A stretch of 62,961 bases of DNA, the filler included. It is 5 parts of 5 records of this genome, joined end to end, with 100 filler letters (N's around TTAATTAATTAA, not from the genome) between each part and the next. Parts side by side here need not be neighbours in the genome. Positions count along the whole stretch, not along the records: positions 1 to 8,815 come from DRR723986_5507; positions 8,916 to 22,135 come from DRR723986_5511; 3 more parts are not named here. One strand, given 5' to 3'. A program made the position numbers and the translations under genes. Below are positions 1-9,334 of the stretch, piece after piece (positions within the stretch are counted from its first letter, which is position 1; each line of letters begins with the position of its first letter). Below the pieces are notes generated by a model. That model saw only the letters and a list, made by a program, of their open reading frames with translations. It was not told the DNA's origin and made no database searches.

Positions 1-432
1 CCCGAATACCTCAAGACCACGGGCGAAAGCGTGACCAATTATTCGGAATGGACGATCCCGCTGGGCCGCCGGTTTCGGGCGCTCAAGATATGGTTCTTGA
101 TCCGGTCTTACGGGTTGGACGGGCTGCGCACCCGCATTCGCAATCACATCCGTTGGGCGGGCGAGCTATGCGAGGCCATCCGCAAACTGGACGGATTTGA
201 GATCGTGACAGAGCCGATCCTGAGCCTGTTTTCTTTTCGTTGTCCGGGATCTGATGATGATCAGCAGCGGCTTGTTGATGCGTTGAACGGCGATGGCCGG
301 ATCTATGTCACCCAAGGCAGCTTTCAGGGGCGCAAGATCATCCGCTTTCAGGTGGGGCAGTTCGACACAACCCGCGCCGATGTGATGATGGCAGAAACAG
401 TGATCCGTGACGTGTGGGAGAAAATGCAATGA
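1..432 (+). CDS. PLP-dependent aromatic-L-amino-acid decarboxylase (group II), 5'-truncated
   Basis: Open from base 1 (PEYLKT...). It carries the C-terminal AADC signature 'W.IPLGRRFRALKIWF..RSYG..GLR..IR.HI'. The stop overlaps the next ATG (ATGA). Confidence 0.88.
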   Translation, partial: PEYLKTTGESVTNYSEWTIPLGRRFRALKIWFLIRSYGLDGLRTRIRNHIRWAGELCEAIRKLDGFEIVTEPILSLFSFRCPGSDDDQQRLVDALNGDGRIYVTQGSFQGRKIIRFQVGQFDTTRADVMMAETVIRDVWEKMQ

Positions 433-1283
433 AATTCGCGACATACACCGTGGATGGGGTGATGCATTATGGTGCTGCGGTTGATGGCGGCATGATCCCC
501 CTCAATGATACTTTCCCGCAATGGGACAGCCTGTTGGACGTGGTGAAAGCTGGCGGGCTGAACGATCTGGAAGAGGCCGCGCAGGGACAAACCCCGACAC
601 ACCAAGAGTTCCAATATGAGATGGTGCTGCCAAACGCGCCGCGCATTCTATGCGTCGGGGTGAATTTTCCAGACCGCAACGCCGAATACAAAGACGGCAG
701 CGAACAGCCAAAATTCATGTCGCTGTTTCCGCGTTTTGCCAGTGGCTTTACCGGCCATGATCGCCCGCTGATCCGCCCGCCCGAAAGCCATATGCTGGAT
801 TACGAAGGTGAGGTTGCGATTGTCATCGGCAAAGCGGGGCGCCGGATTGCGCAGAAAGATGCTTATGATCATATCGCCGCGCTGACCCTGTGCAACGAAG
901 GCACAATCCGCGATTGGGTGCGCCATGCCAAGTTTAACGTCACCCAAGGCAAAAACTGGGATCGTTCCGGGGCGATTGGTCCGTGGCTCGTGCCGTTCCG
1001 CGATGCCGCTCAGCTGGACGATGCACGGATCATCACCCGCGTGAATGGCGAGGTCCGGCAGGATGATGTGCTGTCCCGCATGATGCACCCCATCCGCCGC
1101 GAGATTGAATATATCTCAACCTTCATGACCCTGCAGCCCGGCGATATCATCGTCACCGGCACGCCCACAGGCTCCGGCGCGCGGCTTGATCCGCCGCAGT
1201 ACCTCGCCCCCGGTGATGTGGTCGAGGTCGAGGTAAACGGCATCGGCACCCTGCGCAATACCGTCGAGGATGAAGCGACATGA
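429..1283 (+). CDS. Fumarylacetoacetate hydrolase family protein (HpaG/HpcE-like isomerase/decarboxylase)
   Basis: FAH motifs 'CVGVN', 'DYEGEVAIVIG', 'GKNW', 'TLQPGDIIVTGTP.G'. ATGA coupling to both neighbours; lies next to hpaH. Confidence 0.88.
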   Translation: MKFATYTVDGVMHYGAAVDGGMIPLNDTFPQWDSLLDVVKAGGLNDLEEAAQGQTPTHQEFQYEMVLPNAPRILCVGVNFPDRNAEYKDGSEQPKFMSLFPRFASGFTGHDRPLIRPPESHMLDYEGEVAIVIGKAGRRIAQKDAYDHIAALTLCNEGTIRDWVRHAKFNVTQGKNWDRSGAIGPWLVPFRDAAQLDDARIITRVNGEVRQDDVLSRMMHPIRREIEYISTFMTLQPGDIIVTGTPTGSGARLDPPQYLAPGDVVEVEVNGIGTLRNTVEDEAT

Positions 1284-2080
1284 CACCGCAAGAACATGAC
1301 GCCGCCGCCGCCGATCTGTTGAACGCCGAAGCCACCGGCAGGCAGATTTGCCTGCTCACCAAACGCTACCCAGACATGGGCATGGATGACGCCTATGCCA
1401 TCCAGAACGCGATCTATCGTGCCAAACTGGATCAAGGGCGCAGGGTCACGGGGTGGAAAATCGGATTGACCTCCAAGGCGATGCAATACGCGCTGAATAT
1501 CGACATCCCCGACAGCGGTATCCTGTTCGACGATATGATGTTCGACACGGGCGTGGTGATCCCAAACGGCCGCTTTATCCAACCCCGGATCGAGGCCGAG
1601 ATCGCCTTTGTCATCAAGGCACCTCTGGGCGGAGCAGACGTCACCCGCGCCGCAGTTCTTGCCGCAACAGATTATGTCGCGCCGTCGATTGAAATCCTGG
1701 ACACACGGATCATGCGTGCCGACCCCGAGACCGGCCAAACCCGCAAGATTTTCGATACCATCAGCGATAATGCCGCCAATGCAGGCGTTGTTTTAGGGGC
1801 AGAGCGTCACGCGGTAGATGATTTCGATCTGCGCTGGGTCGGGGCAATTACCAGCCGCGATGGCGAGGTTGAAGAAACCGGCCTCGGTGCGGGTGTTCTC
1901 AATGATCCGGTCGAAAGCGTTGTCTGGCTGGCGCGTCGCATGGCCCAATACGGGCAAAGCATTGAACCGGGGCAAGTCATCCTGTCAGGCAGTTTCATCC
2001 GCCCGGTGGAATGCCCCAGCGGCTCAAGTATCACGGCCGATTTTGGTGCTTTCGGGCGGGTGGATATGGCGTTTGAATAG
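1280..2080 (+). CDS. hpaH: 2-oxo-hept-4-ene-1,7-dioate hydratase
   Basis: Motifs 'GWKIGLTSKAMQ', 'PRIEAEIAF', 'DTISDNAANAG', 'EETGLGAGVL', 'ILSGSFIRP' are typical of HpaH/HpcG. Confidence 0.9.
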   Translation: MTPQEHDAAAADLLNAEATGRQICLLTKRYPDMGMDDAYAIQNAIYRAKLDQGRRVTGWKIGLTSKAMQYALNIDIPDSGILFDDMMFDTGVVIPNGRFIQPRIEAEIAFVIKAPLGGADVTRAAVLAATDYVAPSIEILDTRIMRADPETGQTRKIFDTISDNAANAGVVLGAERHAVDDFDLRWVGAITSRDGEVEETGLGAGVLNDPVESVVWLARRMAQYGQSIEPGQVILSGSFIRPVECPSGSSITADFGAFGRVDMAFE

Positions 2081-2145
2081 TAAAATACACTGACTGTTCA
2101 CCGCCAGCCGCGTGATCGCAACCCTGCGATAGGCCGCGCGCCGGA

Positions 2146-4080
2146 TCAGGCGAGAAACGGATCGTCAACAACGCCAACCAGCTGCAAAATCAAGGTGCCA
2201 CTGTCGCTCGCCGCTGCTTCGGCATAATCGGCATCAATCGCCGCAACGGCGGTATCTACGCTGCTGTCATCGCCGCGCACAAACAGCTGCATCGCGGCGG
2301 CTGCATCATCCACATCGGACAGGCCTTTGATCACGGCGTAGTAGGTTCCGATGTCTGTCTTGGTGCTGAGATAGCTTTGATCCTGCAACTGCAAATCCAC
2401 AAATTCCTGGCTGGCGCCTTGTGGCGGCTCCGCTTTGGCACCGCGCAGCACTTCAAGGATAAACGCATCCCTGCCAACCCCGCCGCTGTCCAATTGGCCG
2501 ACCCAAAAGTCGAGCCCATCCTGATCGGCGGCGCGGCCCAACACATTGGCATAGACCTGCATGGCAAACTCAAGATTGCTGGCGTCCGGCGCATAGGTTG
2601 CCCGTGTTTCGTCCTGGTCGAGGAAATAGGTCGCAGTCTCTTCGAGGGTCGTGCCATCCGCAAAGGCCGATCCCCAGAAGTACAGGCCAAGCGCGTCCGG
2701 CGCGCGGTTGAAATACGCGATATAGAGTTCGATGAAGGTGTTGATCTCATCGCCGTTCAGGCCAGTGATGCCTTGGATGATAGACAGATTAAGGGTGCCG
2801 TCGTCAAAAATGCTGACGCCGGTTGAAAACGCGAGGGTTTCCACGCCTGTCAAGCTGTCGGTCCCTTGGCCGTCCGTCATCCGGTCGTCGGCAGAGATCG
2901 TGCCATCTTGCGCCAGTCGCAGGGTGTAGCGGCCCATGCCGGCATCAAAATGCGCCACATCGCCGGTGCCATCGCCGCCATCTAGGACATCGTCGCCTTT
3001 GCCGCCAAACAGGTGGTCATTGCCAGCATTGCCGGTCAAGTTGTCCGCGCCTCCAAACCCAAAAACGATGTCATCGCCGAGACCTCCGTCGAAGCTGTCA
3101 TCGCCTTGGGTCAGATAGAACCAGTCGCCGGCCTCCGAGCCGGCGGCGGCTCCATTCGGGCTGACCATAAAGCTGGGGTCAGAATTGCGTGACCCGATGA
3201 TCAGATCGTCTAACGCGCCATCCAGACCGGGCAGGGCGGTGACCAAAGCCGCGACAAGTGCCTGAGACTGGGCATTCGCCTGTGCCTCAAACCCCGAGGC
3301 GCTTGCGGCCCCCTGATCCATCAGCTGTGCGCCAAAGGATTGCAGGTCTCGCAGCGCTTGAGCAGCAGCGGTCTTGGCGGCAGCGATGGCCGCATCAAAA
3401 TCCTCGGGGCCTCTCCCTTGGGATACCAATGCGTCGATCACGCCATCCTGTGTATTGAGGTCAGACAGGATCGCCAGTGCCGCCGCTTCGCCGAGCTGGT
3501 CAAAAAGGTCATCCAAGGTTGCGCCGCTGACACTGCCATTGCCGGTGTCGGTCGAGGCCCAAGCGCCCGTCGTGTCATCCACAGCAAAGTTTGGTGAGGC
3601 ATAGCCCGCATTGTCTTGAGACCACAAAAACGCATCCAGCCGATCCTGATAGGAGGCAAACAATTGCTCTATCTCTGTGGCCCCGCCGCCGGTGCCATTG
3701 CCAAAATCGTAGCCGGGATTGATGGAGATGATAAAGGCCTCCATCGTGACATCAGGCGCGGCATTCCCTACGAATGACCGCCCCTGATTGATGGAGGCAA
3801 AGGCCGTGTCGTAATCCTGATCAATCAGGGCCTGAACTATCGCCAGAGCTTCTGCATCGACCTGTTGGGAAATGAACGAGAAGAGGTTGACCAAAGTCGC
3901 CACCGGAATGTCCCGCAGCGCCTGTTCCGAGGCATCGAGCGAGGCAAGGTATTGCGTGACGGTCAGGCTCAGAACATCGTCAATAACTGGCGGTAAGGGC
4001 TGGCTGGTGAGCTGCAATAAGCTGCGAAGCTGCGCATAGGACGCATTGAATTGGATCTCGAATTGGTCAAGCGGGTTCAC
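2146..4080 (-). CDS. Secreted RTX-repeat surface protein with C-terminal DUF4214 (S-layer/RsaA-like) domain
   Basis: GGxGxD Ca-binding repeats (GDDSFDGGLGDD, GNAGNDHLFGGKGDDVLDGGDG). DUF4214-type motifs 'LYIAYFNRAPDALGLYFW' and 'VYANVLGRAADQDGLDFW'. No Sec signal. GTG at 4080 follows AAGGA. Confidence 0.8.
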   Translation of the reverse strand: MNPLDQFEIQFNASYAQLRSLLQLTSQPLPPVIDDVLSLTVTQYLASLDASEQALRDIPVATLVNLFSFISQQVDAEALAIVQALIDQDYDTAFASINQGRSFVGNAAPDVTMEAFIISINPGYDFGNGTGGGATEIEQLFASYQDRLDAFLWSQDNAGYASPNFAVDDTTGAWASTDTGNGSVSGATLDDLFDQLGEAAALAILSDLNTQDGVIDALVSQGRGPEDFDAAIAAAKTAAAQALRDLQSFGAQLMDQGAASASGFEAQANAQSQALVAALVTALPGLDGALDDLIIGSRNSDPSFMVSPNGAAAGSEAGDWFYLTQGDDSFDGGLGDDIVFGFGGADNLTGNAGNDHLFGGKGDDVLDGGDGTGDVAHFDAGMGRYTLRLAQDGTISADDRMTDGQGTDSLTGVETLAFSTGVSIFDDGTLNLSIIQGITGLNGDEINTFIELYIAYFNRAPDALGLYFWGSAFADGTTLEETATYFLDQDETRATYAPDASNLEFAMQVYANVLGRAADQDGLDFWVGQLDSGGVGRDAFILEVLRGAKAEPPQGASQEFVDLQLQDQSYLSTKTDIGTYYAVIKGLSDVDDAAAAMQLFVRGDDSSVDTAVAAIDADYAEAAASDSGTLILQLVGVVDDPFLA

Positions 4081-4179
4081 TGCGCAGTTCCTTAACACAA
4101 GCAATCGTACTGGCCACTCTCTACACCAGTTTCGCCACCGTCGTCACCTTGGATTTGGTGCGTTCCACCACGGATTTTG

Positions 4180-5460
4180 TCAAAGGATGCTGCTGGAATA
4201 CCCTGTGCGCCGTTTCAGCGCGACGGCCAGAAGGGCGTTCCAAACCACAAGCGAAACAGCGGTCGCGATTGCCGCGCCTTCCATGCCGTAGCGCGGCACC
4301 AAAGCCAGATTAAGCGTTGCATTGATCAGTACCGCAGTCGTGACGCCAATCAGCGTGAGCTTCTGATGACCCGTCATGTTCAGGACCAGTGCCACTGGAC
4401 CAAAACAAGCGTTAGCAAGCTGCCCCAAAGTCAGGATGACCAAAGCCCAATAAGCCCCGCCGAAGCTGTCGTCGAAAATGGCCGTCAACAATGCATCGCC
4501 AAACGCCCAGATGACCACAGCGCCGCCGATGCCGAAGGTCGTGATGATCCGCGCGGCTTTGGTGATCGTGATCTGGAGTTGTCCGCTGTTCCCTTCGGCG
4601 TGCAGTTTGGCGATCTGCGGCATGATCACAGTGTTGACCGTGCCAAGACCGAACACGGTGATAGCGGAGAGGACCGTCGCGGCCTTATAAAGACCGACCT
4701 GCGCATCGGTGCTCAGGATGCCGAGCATTACAATATCAAGGTTGTTGTTGATCAATTGCACGCTGGCGATAGCACCAAACGACAGGGTCGAAAGGGTCAA
4801 GCTCCGGCTGATTGTTGTTTCGGTATTGCCCAGTTTTTGTGGCCAGAAACGGAAATTCGATCCGCGTTTGAGCAAAGCCAGAGAGAGCCCAGCATCCGCC
4901 AGGAGGGTCAACGCAAAGATCAGCAAGGCCGCTGTCACTGATAGCGAGGCCGTTTCGCTGGTGATCCAGATCCCCCCCAAGACCCCTATCGTCAGAACTG
5001 GCCGCAGCACATGTTCGGGGAATTGACTTTGTACCGTGTGCCCCATGCCATGCAAAACGCCGCTTAGAAGTTTCGGCGCGGGCAATAGCAGAAAGATCCC
5101 AAGACCCAGTGCCATGTGCCATTGCAGAACCGGGTCGTTGATCCCCCACGCGATCCAGACGGCCATAACAACGGCAAACACGCCGGTGGCCCAGATCGCG
5201 CGGTGCAAGGCCCAGGCCCAGATCTGCACGCTGTGCCCTGTGCCTGCATGGGCGCGGGCGTAGGAGATCTCGCGCACCAATGTTTGCCGCAGCCCCACCG
5301 CCAGCGGCATGGACAGGATGGTCATAACCGCAAGGACAAAAGAATATTCGCCAAACTTTTCGGGTTGCAGCAGCCGCGCAATCATCGCGGTGGCCGCAGC
5401 GCCAAAGATCAGGCCACACACCCGAATGAACATGGTCCCAATGGTCTGGCGCTTTTCCAT
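4180..5460 (-). CDS. Oligosaccharide flippase (Wzx/MOP family)
   Basis: Many TM segments. Motifs 'ARLLQPEKFGEYSF', 'NLDIVMLGIL...VGLY', 'NLALVPRYGMEGAAIATAVS'. Confidence 0.85.
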   Translation of the reverse strand: MEKRQTIGTMFIRVCGLIFGAAATAMIARLLQPEKFGEYSFVLAVMTILSMPLAVGLRQTLVREISYARAHAGTGHSVQIWAWALHRAIWATGVFAVVMAVWIAWGINDPVLQWHMALGLGIFLLLPAPKLLSGVLHGMGHTVQSQFPEHVLRPVLTIGVLGGIWITSETASLSVTAALLIFALTLLADAGLSLALLKRGSNFRFWPQKLGNTETTISRSLTLSTLSFGAIASVQLINNNLDIVMLGILSTDAQVGLYKAATVLSAITVFGLGTVNTVIMPQIAKLHAEGNSGQLQITITKAARIITTFGIGGAVVIWAFGDALLTAIFDDSFGGAYWALVILTLGQLANACFGPVALVLNMTGHQKLTLIGVTTAVLINATLNLALVPRYGMEGAAIATAVSLVVWNALLAVALKRRTGYSSSIL

Positions 5461-5510
5461 CTGGCCTTTAGTTTCCTTTGCCGCGCGGGCACGGTGCTTT
5501 GAGTTGCCCG

Positions 5511-6821
5511 CTAAAAGAACGCGGAAAGAGAAAACTCAATATAGCTGTTCCCGTCCACAGAAGAGAGCGGATCTGTCAGGCTGTCGGACACCACATGGTT
5601 GGCATTTAGTCCCACTCGAAAGCGGTCGCCAATCCGGCGTGACGCCGACAGGGTGTAAATCTGGGACTTCTCATCAATGTCATAAAAGACACCTAAATTG
5701 AAACGACTGTCGTTTGTGTCATTGGCGATGAAATTCACGCCAACAAACACATCATCGTCGTAAACCGTGACCGGCTGGCGGCCGCCCCGGTCATCATAGT
5801 GATATTCCAGAGCAAGGGTCAGGGTGCCATCGCCTCCCATAAGGTTGTGAAAGGAATGATCGCCCCCAATGATCGCGCCGACAAAGCGTTCGCCAGAGGC
5901 GTCGCGCAGAAACCCTTCTAAGCGCAACTGGGTGTTGCCTTCGGCGTAAACTGTGGTCAGGCCAAGCTGCTTGATTTCTTGGTAATAGGGCGTCACGGCG
6001 GTGAACGCGTCCGTTCCTGCATCCGAGGCGGCTTTTGTCACTGTCTTTCCGCTTTCGTATCCAGCCAGAACATCGGCGTTGAACTGTGCGCAGGCCGAGG
6101 CGCTGACGTTGGTGTCGACGAGAATACAGCCGGGCATGCGCAGGGACTCGCGGTTGGTGCCCTGATAGGCGGATACGCCGATGTCCAATGACCCGTCGCC
6201 CAGCGAAAATTCATGGGTGTAGCGCAGCGCAAAATCGGGGCTGTCGCTGTCTTCGTAGCGGACCAATCCATCATCGGTATAGAACGGGCCGCGCTGACGG
6301 GTGGCACGGCCGCCAAAATTGCCCCGCACACTGTCGCCCAACGCATAAAAACTGAATGTGCCGAAATCCGTAAACAGGTTCGCATTGGCCATCGGTGTGC
6401 CGATCAGGTCGCTGTTGCCGACCTGATTTGTTCTGTTCTTGGCGTTCATAACGTTGACGATGGTACGGCCATTGCTGACGCCCCAATCCTCAACGTTATA
6501 TCCCAGAACCAGATCCCAGTTTTCAAAACTTCTGGTGAAATATGCCTTTTGGATGTTGAAGAGAGACCGGTCGTTTTCGTCGTCGTTCAGGCCCGCGAAT
6601 TGAAAGACAACCTCGCCCGCGCCCACGCCAAAGTTGCCGTTCAGTTGAAAGCCGGCAAATGGGTGAAACCCCGCATCGGCTTGCCCTGCATATTGCCCAT
6701 CGTCAAAGTAATAGCGGTATCCAATATCAAGCCGCCCACTGAGGTTCAGCGGATTGTCTTCCGCCCATGCCTGAGTGGCCAAAGCAGAAGCGATAACAGC
6801 CGCTGTGCAAAGACGTTTCAT
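5511..6821 (-). CDS. Uncharacterised outer-membrane beta-barrel protein
   Basis: Sec signal MKRLCTAAVIASALATQAWA, amphipathic beta-strand pattern, and a C-terminal aromatic beta-signal (YIEFSLSAFF). Confidence 0.75.
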   Translation of the reverse strand: MKRLCTAAVIASALATQAWAEDNPLNLSGRLDIGYRYYFDDGQYAGQADAGFHPFAGFQLNGNFGVGAGEVVFQFAGLNDDENDRSLFNIQKAYFTRSFENWDLVLGYNVEDWGVSNGRTIVNVMNAKNRTNQVGNSDLIGTPMANANLFTDFGTFSFYALGDSVRGNFGGRATRQRGPFYTDDGLVRYEDSDSPDFALRYTHEFSLGDGSLDIGVSAYQGTNRESLRMPGCILVDTNVSASACAQFNADVLAGYESGKTVTKAASDAGTDAFTAVTPYYQEIKQLGLTTVYAEGNTQLRLEGFLRDASGERFVGAIIGGDHSFHNLMGGDGTLTLALEYHYDDRGGRQPVTVYDDDVFVGVNFIANDTNDSRFNLGVFYDIDEKSQIYTLSASRRIGDRFRVGLNANHVVSDSLTDPLSSVDGNSYIEFSLSAFF

Positions 6822-7099
6822 ACCCAACCTAACCCCGACCTCACTGTCATTCAGACGGGCACAGTATCGCAGCAATAGCCCGGCGCAATCACATGCCCGT
6901 TGCGGGGGTAACAAACTTGATCATTGGTGCGAGATCGACACGCCTTTGGCTGGACATCAGGGCCTTTTTCGCAAGTTGGAATTTTCCCCATCCCGACACT
7001 GTTGCTCCGCCCTGTTTGTGCTAAACGTAAAATTCTTGGGGAGAATGCAACGGACCGATTTGGCGGCGATGCATTTTGGTGCGCGATAGGAAGACACGG

Positions 7100-8815
7100 A
7101 TGAAAGATCAAAACCGCGACGCTGCAGCCGGTATTCATGAGCCGATTGCCATCGTTGGCATGTCCTGTAACCTGCCTGGCGACAACCGAACTCCAGCCGA
7201 GTTTTTCGATTTTCTGTTGAAGAAACAATGCGGTATTGTTGAAATTCCCAAAGACCGCTGGGGTGTCGACGTCTTTTATGACCCCGATCCGGCGGCGATT
7301 GCGAAATCGGTCAGCAAATGGGCCGGTTTCATCAAGGATGTTCGTGGATTTGATGCCAAGTTTTTTGGCATTTCCCCGCGCGAAGCCGCCGGCATGGATC
7401 CGCAGCAACGCCTGGTTTTGCAAGGTGCGGTTGAGGCGATGATGGATGCGCAAATTCCGCTAGAAGAATTTGCCCGAAAAAGCACCGGCGTTTTCATCGG
7501 GATCTCGCAGTCTGAGTATCGCACCCTGCAAGAAATGCGCATCACCAGTACCGAAAGCTATGCAGGCACCGGTTATGCGCTTTGTATCAGTGCCAACCGG
7601 ATTTCGCATCGGTTGAACCTCACCGGGCCAAGCTATGCAGTTGATACAGCATGCTCGTCCTCGCTGACGGCGCTGGATCAGGCGGTGCAGAACCTGCGGA
7701 CCGGCGCCTGCGATATGGCGATTGTGGGCGGCGTGAATGCGATGACCCATCCTTCGCCGTTTCTGGCATTTTCCAAGGCTGGCATGATCTCTCCTACAGG
7801 GCGCATCTCGACCTTTGATGCCGCCGCCAACGGATTTGTGCGCGGCGAAGGCGCAGGTATGATCGTGATCAAACCGCTCAGCCATGCGCAGGCGGACGGC
7901 GACCGCATCCATGCCGTTATCGAGGGCACGGCGGCCAATCAGGACGGATCAACCAATACGATCACCGCACCGAACCAACATGCCCAGATCGCAATGCTGC
8001 GCAGCCTGTTCAATGCAGCCCCGATTGGCCCCGAACAAATCGGCTTTGTCGAGGCCCACGGGACAGGAACGCCCATTGGCGATCCGATCGAGGCGGGCGC
8101 AATTGGTACGGTGATCGGCCAGAATGCCCCGGACCATCCTGTCTATATTGGGTCAAGCAAGGCCAATGTCGGCCATCTTGAAAGCGGCGCTGGCATTACT
8201 GGTTTGATCAAGGCCGCGATGGCTGTGAAAACGGGCATTGTGCCGCCCAACATCCATTTCAAAGACCCAAATCCATATATCCCCTTCGATGCATTGAACC
8301 TCGAAGTACCGGTCAAACCCGAGGCATTCCCGGATCGCGATGGCCCGAACTATGCGGTGGTCAATTCTTTTGGCTTTGGTGGTGCAAACGCCTGTGCGCT
8401 GCTGTCCGCGCCGCCCGCCAAGTCCTATGATTACCATCCGCTCGCGGCACAGCCATCAGTAGCGCCCATTGCAGGTGGCGAAGACGGATTTCCGCATCTG
8501 GTTCCGGTGTCCGGCGCAACCGAGGAGGCCCTGCAAGCCAACGCGGCGGCGCTTTTGGAGGCTATGCGCGGCAAGGGTGCGTTGGCCAACACAACGCTAT
8601 CTGACATCGCGGCGGCCCTTGCCACAAAACGCAGCCATTTGATGTATCGGGCCGTGATACTGGCTCGCACCACTGCGCAACTGAAAAAGGCCCTCAAGGC
8701 CTTGGCCGCTGGCGAAATCGACGCGCCAAACATCATCACCGGGCAAAAGCAGACCCGCAACAAATTGTGTTTTACCTTCTCCGGGCAAGGCAGCCAGTGG
8801 TGGGGCATGGCCCGC
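7100..8815 (+). CDS. Type I polyketide synthase, KS domain plus start of AT domain; 3'-truncated at contig end
   Basis: Motifs 'EPIAIVG', 'MDPQQRL', catalytic 'DTACSSSL', 'EAHGTGT', 'KANVGHLE', 'VNSFGFGGANA'. The AT domain begins 'FTFSGQGSQWWGMAR' at the break. Confidence 0.93.
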
Positions 8816-8915
8816 NNNNNNNNNNNNNNNNNNNNNNNNNNNNNNNNNNNNNNNNNNNNTTAATTAATTAANNNNNNNNNNNNNNNNNNNNNNNNNNNNN
8901 NNNNNNNNNNNNNNN
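8816..8915. other. Artificial contig linker
   Basis: N44 + TTAATTAATTAA (stops in all frames) + N44. Confidence 0.98.
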
Positions 8916-9334
8916 ATCTAAAACGACCAGTTTTAGCGTTGTCAAAAAACAACTCGGGCAAAGATGCACGAGCTGGGAAACGAAGTCAACACTCCAACGT
9001 CAATGAACCATGAACTTTAATCCCTGTTTACAGGCTGTTACATGGCCGGTTCAGCTAGTTGCGAAAAATCCTCCTTAATTTACTAACGGAAAGTCCGTAT
9101 ACTGTTTCGCTTCGTGAGTTGACAGATACAGCGAACGTCCCTCACACCAATTCTTGGTGATTGGTTCGATTCCATCTGATCCGGCGTTTCGAGTTTGACG
9201 GGTAGAGAATATAGCAGGTTTCTATTAGGTTGCAATGATCCCGCGCTCGGTAGCACTACCACTTCTCAAAATTCCGGCGGGGTCACACTTACCCATCCAG
9301 CTCTGGTTTATCACAATTGAGGCTATGGTTTTCT

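Noticed and set aside
8860..8871. TTAATTAATTAA recurring four times in the window
   Set aside because: It is always centred in N-runs of identical length. It is a synthetic six-frame stop linker, not a biological repeat or CRISPR.
8955..8990. GGGCAAA as the start of a c-di-GMP-I riboswitch
   Set aside because: The following GAAA-tetraloop stem and GACGCAAAG core are absent.
9159..9176. tRNA-like T-loop GGTTCGATTCC
   Set aside because: I could not build an acceptor stem, D-arm or anticodon arm around it, so it is not called a tRNA.
9245..9256. GCTCGGTAGC as an ops/JUMPstart element
   Set aside because: It does not match GGCGGTAG, and it faces the acyltransferase rather than the start of the glycan operon.
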